From contig OZ287749.1 in the NCBI GenBank assembly GCA_965649765.1, positions 88,536,001-88,600,000 on the forward strand: a stretch of 64,000 bases of DNA, in the 5' to 3' direction. The notes under the pieces were generated by a model. That model did no database searches. It was not told the DNA's origin and was given only the letters and a program-made list of their open reading frames with translations. The translations under genes and the position numbers were made by a program. Source of the DNA: Bispira polyomma (lineage: Eukaryota). Positions 33,911-46,600 of this stretch are shown piece by piece. Positions within the stretch are counted from its first letter, which is position 1. Each line of letters begins with the position of its first letter.

Positions 33911-36505
33911 TATATATCAGTAACAATATTATATTAAACTAATAACTCTCTTGTAAACTATCTTCTAGTACTTTTGATAAACAATGTACCGGTAACTGTA
34001 GAAATAGTTTGCTTGATCATAACAGAGGAACAAGGATCACTTGATGAACAAATTCAAACTTTACAACATGGCTCTTGTAACTTCATCCAGTTAAGATTAT
34101 ATGACTTTTTAATTATGGACATAAATCAATTAAAAAACTATGAAGAACTTTCCAGATCTGTGGTATTATTCTGAGCCAAATTCTAAAACTCGCTCGACAG
34201 GGTGCAGCTATACTAAAAGTTCTTTCTGTTATCACAGCATCAGGGTTTAGCATTATCTTTAAGGTTTAGTTTTTATGAATTCGTACGCTGTAAACCAATA
34301 TGGTGAATTCTGGATTTGTTCCATATTCTGAGACGATGTATTGTAATTGTGGCAAATTTTAGATTCATTACAATAAATTCAGCTGATTATTTTCTATATT
34401 TAGGATTTTTTAAAATAATTCATTGTTTTTAGCTTAACTAATCATTTGAACCTCATCCCTATTTGTTAATACTACATGGGTGGTGTTCTCTTTATATTAT
34501 CCTTGGCTGCAAGCATGTCATACAATGACCATGAAGGTAATTTAAGCTAGAGTTGAACCCCTTTAAGTTAAACCTCAAGGTACCAGGACAAACACCACTT
34601 ATGTTAAGTAGATTTTCCACTTAACAGGGTAGATTTTAAAAGAACATGTCCTTGTGTGCCAACATATATTACTCTACAAAAAAGAGAATTGCCTTAACAG
34701 GGTTTTACTTGAAGGGGTTCAACTGTGTACAAAGGCCAAGAACAAGTCAAAGTCAGCAACTCCAATGTACAAGGGCGATGGAAACTTGGGACGGATATTT
34801 TCATGTAAATATTATTAATCCAATTCAGTTAAATTTTAAATGTCTGCTTCAAGTTGGATGTAAACTACATTATCTATTTCACACACAAATGTTCTGAGTT
34901 AAAACCGTCTCGAGTTTTCACTACCTGTATAGCATAAAACACCTTTCAAAATATACAAAGTAAAAAATATACTCCTTTTAAAACTGATATGTAATTTATC
35001 AATACTAGGATGCACATTACTATTGATTCTATTGAGATCTTTCACATACAGAAACTAGGTTTATTAGAAAACGATATTCAAAAGAGAAATCACAGTTAAC
35101 AATGGAATGTTATTGTTAATTTAAAATAGGGTAAAAATGGAAAATAACACATCTGGGATTGAGTCATATGGAGTCCTATTAATGCAAGACCCCTAAGCTC
35201 AGAATTATGCTTCAAACTCAAATACAGTAGAACCTCTATTATCCAAACATGTTGGGTGAGAAATATTTGGTTCAGATGATAGGTTTGTCAAATAGAAGAG
35301 GCACTTCTTTCTGTAGGAAAGGGTGACATTTGGGAGAGTGGAACAGAGATCAAAAAATACTATATTTAGATAATACAAGTTTGAATACTAGAGGTTCTAC
35401 CAGATGCACACAGATTTGACTATTTTTTGGAAATTATAAATTTTGTTAGTAAAATTCTTACCAATTCCTAACAATTACGAAATTTCAATACTGTGTACAT
35501 GTTGGTTTGAATTTCGTAATTGTTAGGAATTGGTAGGTACATTTTACACAATGAAATGCTTTATTGGTGGACTGAACCTAGTTATATTCACAGAGTTTTC
35601 AGCAAAAGAAAATTGACCTATACAATGACAGTCTTGAAACTTCACCATAGTAAACCATAAAACTCTACTATTACATTAACATAAATGCTCAAGTGTCTCA
35701 CATTCTCTATTATATAGCAATATGTGTAGTATGTATCTATTACTAGTGGCCAACAACTACAGCAGGTGACAAAACCAATGATACAGTATATCACTTGTTT
35801 GATAATTATCTTATGTTTATTTCTAATCCATATCCTAGAAATATTCCAATAATAACATGTAACGAACAATAATATACGTGGATTTTTATCATGCAATCGA
35901 GTTTGGGATCAACTAGATCTTTAACATATAGAAACTATGCTTATTAGAAAAATTAGTCAAAAGAGAAATCACAGTTAACAATGGAATGTTTTTCTTAATT
36001 TAAATAGGGTAAAAAATGTATAGCAGTGATCTGGAGTGATCTTAATGAAAAGCCAGTTATAAGTTCTGATTTAGGCTTCAGGTAATAAATGAGTTCATAA
36101 ATAAAGAATATTCGGATGATAGGAGTTTGGATAATAGAGGTTGTACTGTACCAGATATACACAGATTGTTTATAGCATATAGGATATAGCATGTATTGAG
36201 TAGTAGGTTATGACTAATCTAACGTGACCAATTACAGTCGAACACCTGTAAGTAGAACTCTGTTAAGTCATTTTTGCTGTTATGTGGAGATAAATTTGAA
36301 GTCCCATGAAGGTCTTTTCCTTTCAAATCTACCCTGTTAAGTGCAAATCCTGCTTTAGTAGAGGTATTTTTCCTGGTCCTTTGAGGTTCGACTTAAAGGG
36401 GTTAGACTGTATATATTTTTTTAAAAAATAACTCTTTATGGTTTAGTTTTTGAATGTTAAAATGGCTAATAAATGGCCATAAACATAAACAAAATTTTGA
36501 TCATT

Positions 36506-36705
36506 NNNNNNNNNNNNNNNNNNNNNNNNNNNNNNNNNNNNNNNNNNNNNNNNNNNNNNNNNNNNNNNNNNNNNNNNNNNNNNNNNNNNNNNNNNNNNNN
36601 NNNNNNNNNNNNNNNNNNNNNNNNNNNNNNNNNNNNNNNNNNNNNNNNNNNNNNNNNNNNNNNNNNNNNNNNNNNNNNNNNNNNNNNNNNNNNNNNNNNN
36701 NNNNN
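36506..36705. other. Assembly gap (200 N)
   Basis: Run of N. Confidence 1.
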
Positions 36706-36757
36706 CTAAATTTGTAGTTTGTTCACCTAGATATCTCAATCCTTAATATAATATAAA

Positions 36758-37609
36758 CAGGGTTCGCGCTTACGGCGTCCGAGTATCTAAAAACGCGGAA
36801 TTTTCGTCAGTGAACGCAAATTGAAACATACAATGCGTCCATTAGGACGCAGACTTTATGTGAAAGTATGAAATCGCCGTTTTCCCTTTTTAATTTTTAT
36901 ATATTTTGAAGTTTAATCACAGTTTCTGGCGATCTTGCAAAAATGGCAGATCTTGATGTTTTGATTTGATTCTTCCGGTCGTGGCGTTTTGAATGGGTAG
37001 TTTCTAAAACTCAAAATTCTGTTAGGGCCTTGGCGATACGAAAATTGCCCAACTTTTTTTAATTCACAGTTTAAGTACCTAAACTTTATTTTATATTTTA
37101 ATTATGTGACTTAATGGCCAATAAGGCTTCACAATCGACTTGTTTTATCCAATTACACCACTGAGACACAGCTTATTTTTTTGTGGGATTTTTTTTTTTT
37201 TAAGCTACAGCTTATTTGTTAGATGTTTAGTATAATTTCATGGGTAAAATTTGTTTGTTTGGTGTTAAATTATATATTTTGATGTAGAAATATCATATTT
37301 GTAATGTTTGACTTAAATTTTTATATGTTATGGCTTACATTGGTTTGATGTTAAATTATATATTTGGATGTAGAAGTATCAATATTAAATTTGTAGTGTT
37401 TGACTTAAATTTTCATATTGTATGTTATTATATTCTGTTGTTTAATAAGTGTGGAAATACAATACTATATATTTTATTATTTTTAAATTATATTTGTCAC
37501 AAAAATAAAAATTATCTATTGGATGCATGGAAGCTACTCCGGGACCCCACTTTTTATGAGAGGTGGGGTCCCCAAAACCCCACTTTAAGAAATCCTAGCG
37601 CCAACCCTG
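36758..37609. mobile_element. Non-autonomous DNA transposon with CAGGGTT termini and 7-bp target duplication
   Basis: CAGGGTTCGCGCT ... AGCGCCAACCCTG, flanked on both sides by ATATAAA (36751-36757 and 37610-37616). Confidence 0.75.
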
Positions 37610-37803
37610 ATATAAAGCTAGGTTTTTCGTAGGTTTATTTATAGGTTTAGATATGGAAGGTTTTAAATAGGTTTATTTATAGGTTTAGATTTGGAATTAA
37701 GTTCTGTTCTAGGTTTAGTGTGAGTTTCAGTTAACTTTAAGTATACTATAAACTAATTTGGTTAAAGTTATTGACCCAACTTTTTGGAATACGAGTTAAT
37801 GGT

Positions 37804-38027
37804 CCAGGGGCCATCTTTACAACAGCTCTTAGTTTTAACCCAGTCTTAAGCTCAACATTTTGGTCTGTAATTTTGGCTGAAAAGGTTACAATTTTGGTCT
37901 TAATCCCAGTGACACTTTGGTTGGTGTTAACTTTGCCCTTAACACTAAGAGACTAACAGTTGGCAGATATAAATGTGAAGATTCAGACTAAGTCAAGATT
38001 AAGACTATTTGTAAATACAGCTCCAGG
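37804..38027. mobile_element. MITE (CCAGGGGCC...GCTCCAGG); inverted relative at ~57657-57919
   Basis: Imperfect inverted ends and a shared internal segment with the 57.7 kb copy. Confidence 0.55.
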
Positions 38028-40657
38028 CTGTTTGTTATAGTTATTCGGTCAGATATATAATTCCCTGATTGCTGTTTGTTATGGAATGTTTTCTATATTG
38101 TACAACAAATAATTCAACAACTACAAAAGACCAAAAACACGGAATGCATATAAAATATAATTTTACCTTATTCAATGCATTCAATAATATTTTTATTTTT
38201 TTAAAAGAGGCAAAAAAATTATATTCTAAAATGAATACATAAATATATAATATCTATAACAGAATAGAATATACAATATACAGTTATATACTGTGTGTAG
38301 ATATATAATGAATACAAATAAAATACTAAAGGTATATAGAGTTAACAACATATAATTAAACAGATGCTTCAGGTCTGTCTTCCAAATACCAGCTTAAATA
38401 CACACTAATCAACACAACCTTTAAATATTCCCTTCTATAATCAGAGTTGCCAGAAAAATATAAGTCAGTATACTAGAAAAGTGACTGAAGCATGTTTTTA
38501 CTTTAACAGAAAAATATTTTGGGGCAACCCCAGTATCTTAAGATATCAAATAGCATCAGAGATATCAGAACTCTGCAGCCCTTGGGTAAAATTAGAGCAT
38601 GACATTCTACACCAACACTCCCAACGAGTTTTTGTACTAAATATGAACTTCCTCAGTCTTATGGTTTTTGAGAACTAAGCTCGACCACCTCTGGCAATGA
38701 CCGTCTGTCAACCTGACGGTTATTTGGAGGTCATATTAGTTGCAGTATAGTAATATCTAATCAAGTTATCAAAGACAAGGTGAGTGAAACATCATTGGAT
38801 TAATCAACTGAATCAATTTTGATTGCGCAGGAGTTCATATTTTTGGCAAGTATGGGATTCTGTACCGTACAAGATGTTAATTATACACAATTCTATGTAA
38901 GAAGAAATACAGTATTATGCCAGAGCAAAAAACCAAATGGCACGACCAATTATATTATATACTAATGTGATTCATTACAAGGAAAACCAAACTACAATAT
39001 TTTGTCAGATTTTATCATATTAACTAAGTCTAACTCGGTAATATTTGACATTCGTTTGAGATGTTAATTTTCTATCTTATAGAAGATACATATGATACTT
39101 AAAATAATCAACAACATATTTACTTGTAACAAGAAATAGTCTTTTCTTTTTAATATACTTTCTAAATAGAGTGTAAAATCAGCTGCTTTGGTAGGAAGTA
39201 TCAAAAACAAGAACATTTTACTCATTTCTTCAGTGTTTTGAAAACATTCAAACAAATACTTTATGACTGAAAATGTGTAAAGATACTATTATATTAGTAT
39301 CTGATGTAATATCACAACAAAAACAGTGCATATTATTTTGTACACTACAACAGAACATTTCACAGAGCAAGACAATCAAACATTCACTCTGACACTTGCC
39401 TTAAATAAGGATAAATTCATCAAATGAACACAAAACTGAATGGTGGTAAATTATTCGGAATGTTGGTTTTCTTTAGCATGTTTGAAAATAAGCGCTATGA
39501 TAAAACATTTTGACAATACAAATATTTAGAGTGAGGAATATAAATTTCGCCACTGTATCTGAAATTTGCCATCCCCTAAAATTTAAGCTAAATCAATAAT
39601 AGCTGGCAAATAACTGTAACGTAGGTAAGTGAGGCAAAATAGTTGCAAAAATCTCCATTTCAGCAAATATTACCCACAATTCTACAAAAAAAAACATTTT
39701 CTATGTTGTGAATTTCACATTTCTTCCTCTATTTTTTCAGGTTTTCTCTCCTTAAAATATTACACAGAATTTCCATTACTGCTGCTGACTTGTGTGAAAA
39801 CACTTAAGAGGTAGTTACTGGTTACATTAAGGCACATGTAACGTGACCCAAATAAAACCATGGCAACATTAGCGGGCAAAGTATATACATGTACTTCTGG
39901 CATTCAAAACGAACTGTTTGCACTGGTGTTAATAAAGGCGTAAAAAACCTTGACTTTTAACAGGATGTAGAACGAGAATAACAACTATACCAAAAAATAT
40001 AGATATTCTTCACATATAATCAAAACAACATAATAAAGTGATGAAAATAAATCATCATTTTTTTCATATCATCGTCCAGATATGTTTCTCATAAAATATA
40101 TCCCGTAATATTTAGTAAATTAGCAGAACACACTACTTTTAATTCTACTATTAAAACAAAAAACTAGTTGCTATATAGTATATATAGTGAAATGCATGTT
40201 TTCTTTAATACTATTTAACATAATTTAATTTCTCTGTGCTATATAGAACTAATAATTCTCCCTTATGCCATAAAGAATTATAAACAAAGAATTTACTCTT
40301 GCTGGGTGATTCATAATACTGCTCAGGTCATAATACCTTGAAATATTTTACTTTATTTTTAAAAAAAATTTCATATATTACATAACATAATTTGTTTTAA
40401 ACATTATTATGACCCCCAACCAGTATTATGAATGCCAGTGTAAGAGATTTGTATACTAGCTAGTTCACATGTGATTTATCTCATGTGATATTTAATGAAT
40501 CAGGATATCGACACTGTGTGACGCATAACCCTAGTTAAGTAAAGCCAGCCAGTAGTTAACTTGCAAGGATCCACCATGGGGTGATTGTCGTTCCATCTTT
40601 TGCAATAGATATATAAACTGGCTGGCAAAGAGAGGCAAGTGTCCTTCCACAATGTGT

Positions 40658-43600
40658 TTAGAGATCAGTCATTGGAATGCCATCCTAAAATAATAAACAA
40701 CACAATAAAGTGATAAAACAACTACAATTGAATCCCTTTAAGTCGCATTCTCAAGTGACCAGGGGAAATACCTCTACTTAACCAGGACTTACACTGAACG
40801 GGGTAGATTTTAATTAGAAATATAACAATGGGACCTTTAAATAACTTCTACTTAACTATTCGATTTTACGGACTCAATTTCATTCTCCCAGAATTATTTT
40901 TTGCTACTGTTTTATACTAAAATGCCCCTTCTATTTTACGGACCTTCTATTATCCAAACGAATTCTCATTCTCCCAATATGGTCGGATAATCGAGGTTCT
41001 AATGTAATTTCACTTATCAAAGATCTACTTAAACAGGGTTTGACTGTATTACATTATAGCTAAAACATGCAAGCTGGAATGTGTTAGGAGTGTATCTTGG
41101 TAGGATGGGTTAATGCAGGAATTTACTTATAAATTTTGGGCACTGTGGCCCCTCGGCAAAGGTATGCGCTCTACTGAATGCCCTGAATAGTATTTAAGAA
41201 CAAAACCACAAAATGCAAAGTCAATTCTAAAGGTCTAATTCTGACCTTTATAGATGGTATTCACAAAAGGTCTTACTCTTTGTTTATAACCAAAAGATAT
41301 TCCCCACTGCAATCGATAGAAAAGACATAAAACCAGAGTATGCTGACCACCAATGGAGTACTTTATTGGTGAACTTGATTTTATCCCAAATTCTATTTCT
41401 TTTATCTGAATATTAAATTTTATGAACTCAATTTCACTGTCCTAAATTGAATATTTTCCCATTGTTTTATACCAAAATACCTCTTCAACTTTAGGGACAT
41501 TGTATTGTTTGAACAGATTAGAGCAAGGAATCTAAAATTCGCCAGTGTATCTGAAATATGCCAGCTAGAAAATGTTGTATTTTTGGTAGAATAGTGGGTA
41601 ATATTTGCTAAAATTGAGATTTCTGCGACTATAATGCTTTACTTATCTAAATTCCAGGGGTTTTTTCGCCAGTTTTTATTAATTTGGCTTAAACTTTGCG
41701 AATTCAGATACAAATTTTAGATTCCTCACCATACTGCCATCTCAAGGTGATCAGATAACCAAGGTTCTACTGTAGTTACTAGTTACACCATCACATAAAG
41801 CCAGACTCACCTTTTCACTGGATGTCTCGCAGTCAAACGGCACCTGTGAGATCCTCTGAATCTCTCTGAATTCTTCATCAGTCATACTCACACCAAAGCT
41901 GGGATTCAGGTAACCAACATTTCCCACAGTCTTCCCTGTAACAAGGATACAAATGACAATGATTCTTTTTACATCTGAAATTCATTGACTGAGAAAACGC
42001 TAGCTTGTAGGGAATGGTCATTAAATAATACTATTTAACAACTTACTTGTACTCACTAAGCAGGCAATAAAATCTCTGTAAAAAAAATCTGTAAAATACA
42101 TCGAATTAAACCCACCCCATCGATCTTTCAAAATGCGCACAAAACACTCATTTGTATTTTTTATTCCTATAATAATAGTTAAACATAAATTCGAATTAAA
42201 CTACTTCAAATAATTATAAATGGCACTGGTAGTTTTGATGTAGATTAAAAATTATTTGAAATTGTGCATTTATATATAGGAAATTCCAAAAGGTTCAGTT
42301 AACTGTAAATTGTATATCTGTATCATTGATAAATGTATGATGTATTGTAATAACGATGTTATGTGTAGCCTATATTTATTATTGTTATAATGCAGTTTCT
42401 AATTGATATGTTGATTTTAAACAAGAGCTTCTAGCTGCCTCACGGCTTATATCAAGTGAAATTGACTTCCTAAAATCAAACTTTTCGAATCAGTTTTGTA
42501 AACCTAACTATTTGTATATAGCGTAAGGATCAGATACTTCATTATTTTATTTCCTCACCCTTTATAGGCATTTTTTCCGAAGCTCTCCTCCATTGTTGTT
42601 TTTCCCGTAGCTGTACATCTTTCGTCAAATCCGACTCTGAAGCCCCTTTTACCAGAGGCCCCGGCTGATGATCCTCATTCTCCCCAATCCTATGCCCTCC
42701 TTCCTCTGTGATCAGGTTTGGCACAGACTTACTCGAAATATACCGCTCTTTTGTTTCATCGTCCATCTCCACAGTCACTTCCGGTGCCTCAGAATACTGC
42801 TGACTACTGGAGTGGACAGTCGGTTGCCCGTTATTACTACCATTTATTGTTCCACTACTAGTCTCCGTGCCCTGATATCCTCTGTTATCAAACACGTACT
42901 GGTCCTCTGAATGGCTTTCTGACAGCTTCCTGTACCTGTCGTTAAAACCCGACACCGTTTTGTTGTTGTCCTCGAGTTCTAGGCTACTACTCTTTGGCAG
43001 TGTGTGGGCCTTGGTCTTGTCTCTGTTCTGAACACTGAATGGGTGTGTATCCTCCACGATGTCCGGGAAGTTGTTAGTACTGCCCTTATCTGTCCAGGTG
43101 GCACTTTCTTCGGGGTTATCCCTGACCATGTGTGACAGAGCCTTCGGAGTGCCTGGTCCTGAACTAGGCAATGTCTGGTGGGATCCTGGAACAGAAAAAT
43201 CTATAATATTAATACGTAAGTTTGTCTAAGGGGTTGCAGGTGTCCTAGCAAAAAATTAGGCTTCACAAATGATTAATCTTAAAAAATTTCCCACATGTTA
43301 GAATGTTAGATTTCATATCTACAAATTAAAGTGTTTTTCTAAACAGAAAATCACCATCATTGATATTCTGATAAACTGTGATGTGTCACATCAACGTGGT
43401 TATGATGTCGGCTTTCAACTGAGTCTCCTAAATACTGTGGCACAGACAACACTTAGGGTTTAATGTCGCCTACAACACATTCGAGTCATACCACCATGTG
43501 CAGTTTCACTGGTGGAGGATTTCAGAACTGGGTAGATCTACAGCAAATCTGCAGCCATCTTTCGCAAATACTACTAAATAATGCTCCATAAGCGTAACTT

Positions 43601-46600
43601 TATTTTGCCACTTCAGCTAATTTGCATCGATAGAGAACATAAATTACAAGTGAAAATTTAAATTTGTAAAAACCTATTACGTAAAATATGTCCCACAGTA
43701 AAAAATTAATTCCAGCAAATTTTTTTAAAACAACACATTCGTGAAAACTTATTTCAGCTAAAATGTCTACTTATATAGTATTAAACCAGTCACTGGTTAC
43801 AAATTTGAGATATTTGTGTCAATGAGCTAAACTGCTGACAAGTAATTCCTGATTAAAGATATAATTTGTATTTATTTTTAAGTTTTATCACATGCATATT
43901 ATATCTAGACAGACAGTTCACTGGTGGAGAGAATCAGTACAGATTACAAGTAGTTGGTCAAGGTTTTTTGCACTGTACACCACCAGCCTTTAGCAAGTCT
44001 ACTGCCCAACTTTTCTACTTGTACAACTGTAGGTCTAAGATTCAAACCTATAGAGCTGAGAGGTGACATTGTTAAATACTGAGTCCCCCAAATAAAGTCT
44101 AGTTTTTACTAAATAGAGAACTTGAACCCAGTTTAGTCCAAATGTGTCCGACAAAAAGGAAAAACTCTACTCATACAGAATTTCCAGGTCATTGGACAGA
44201 CATAAAATAATCCTACTTAAGGGGGAGTTCAAGTGTATTATAAATTATATACCAAGTACCAATAAAATGGTGCATATTTAAACATTGATAGATATGTACG
44301 GACATTCAAAATGAAATTACAGGCAAACATAAAACATTATAAGTGTAGTAAAGATTAGTTGTACAGTAGTAAAAGGAAAATATTTTAATCTACAATATAT
44401 AACAATGTATTATAACTGCTTTCAAACCATTTTGGTTTTAATTAAAATTTTACATATTCTTTCTTTCACTTATTTTTATTTTTGCTATAATAATCTTCAA
44501 ACTACCATCACAGCTAGAAAACAGACCCTGATTGAGCAGATTTAAGTTGAAACAAACAAAGAAGTAGTAAACATAGCTACACCACAAGAAGTTACCACAG
44601 CAAAGTTACCCAATATTTATAGAGACTAATAAGTGAAATTCATCAGGAGTTTATAGCAAAAAAAAACATTTATTACCTGTACAAGCCTAGCAGTGTTAAT
44701 TTGTAAATAACAAGTAAACTTATAAACCACTTCTGATAATACAAAGCAATATTCCAATCCTTCTTGAACTCTTTACCACATGTATTAATTATATAAGGGT
44801 GAACATTTAAGACCATAAACTTTAACATTCCATGATATGGTTATATTATTATTATTATTATACATTTTTAACGCGCTTTATTGATGCTGGGCATCTTCTA
44901 AAGTGCAACAACAGAATCAGTGAGCCGTACATGTATATATATATATGAATTGAAAAAATTTTATTGTAATTTATCTTTTTGTAAGATAAATACTTACCTT
45001 ATCCTCACTAAGTGCTTTTATTCATCTTGAATAATTGCTCGACCAAAAGTCTTTTTTATAAAGACTATTCTTGTTTCTTAATTTTACCTGTCTCTCGACA
45101 ACGAGGCCAGCGCATGCGCAGGAAGTGTTGTCACTTCTGTTAGTGCTTGCACGCCTCAGATTCAATTTTGGAAAGCCTGGCCACACAAATTAGTGGGGTT
45201 TGGTGGGTGGGCATCTGACTAGTGAGGATAAGGTAAGTATTTATCTTACAAAAAGATAAATTACAATAAAATTTTTTCATTTTATTTTGATAAATATCCT
45301 TACCTTATCCTCACTAAGTGCTTGATTACAACCTTTATGGTGGAGGGTATTTGTGTGACAGAGCCTCACTTAAAGGATTATGTGTAATGCACTTTGTCGA
45401 GAGTAATTAAGAAACTTGAATTGTGGAAGAAACTTAGAGATAATTAGGTCAGCTATTACATAGGCCTACTGTAATTCCCTAGTCTAACTCCCTGTAACTC
45501 TTAGAATAGGTATCAGAAATGATTAGGTAAACGTTTCATAGGAATACTCTAAACATAACTATTGTTCCTTATTGTACTATACTGAACTAGTACTATTGTG
45601 TATTTCATTGTACTTGACAAATTCAGCATTAGATTTAGCAAAATGAAAAGATGAAGCTATGGCTTACCTAATTCATCTATTGCTATGTTGATCCTCCTCC
45701 TGGGAAGATCCTAAAGAATTCTTTATAACGATGATCCCCATCTTGTGACGATCCTAACATTGGTGCATCTGTACATGTGGTGTGATGAACAAATTGGTCG
45801 GGCAGTTGCTGTCATCTGTTGTCAGGTGTTACCGTCATGATGATGGCAGCAATTGCCCAAGCCGACGCTAGTCTTCTTAAGAAACTAGGAGGCCTGAAAA
45901 AGAAGATAAACATATATCATCAGCATATAGTGAATCCATCTTGTAGTTAAGTACATTTCATGAGCAACATACACTACAAAGACAATCAATACAAGAGTTT
46001 CCAATTCCTAGAACGGTAATGTGTCAAAAGAAGCCTAGAATGCATTCACTTAAGTAAGGTGGACAATGTGTTGTGCAGAGACTACAGGCCCTAAGGAAAA
46101 ATCTGCATCATCCCTAGATTGCCAAGCTACGTCTTTCAAGTAGAAGTTAGTGAAGGTGTTATGTGACTTCCAGAAGCAAGCTCCCAGTATCTGGTCTAAA
46201 GAGACCCTCCCTTTAAAGGCCAATGAGGCCGCCATTGATCTTAAATCGTGGGCCTTAACTTGACACAGATTTTCAATTTCAGTGTCAGCATGCTGGTAGG
46301 CCAAAATGATGATTTGCTTAAGCCAGGATGAGATAGTAGATCTCTGTATATCTTTAGTGAAACCCTCCCGGAAAGATATGAATAATAAATGTTTTCCTTT
46401 CCTGAGATCCTGGGTACGTTTGAGGTAATGTTTCAGAGATCTCACCGTGCACAATGTGATGTCCTCAACTAAAGTGTCATCCAAAAATGGACTCAAAGCT
46501 GGGATGACCACAGGCTTAATGGTATCCGGACCCTGGGAAGCCAACTGGTTTTTAGCTAAAAAGACTGGTGAGGGAGCTACTGTGACCTCTTTCCAGTGTG

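Noticed and set aside
35035-36020. ~110-bp local duplication (35035-35150 vs 35915-36020)
   Set aside because: Diverged non-coding duplication next to MITE debris with no functional signal.
36443-36739. Three ORFs of 78-98 aa
   Set aside because: Artefacts of translating through the N gap.
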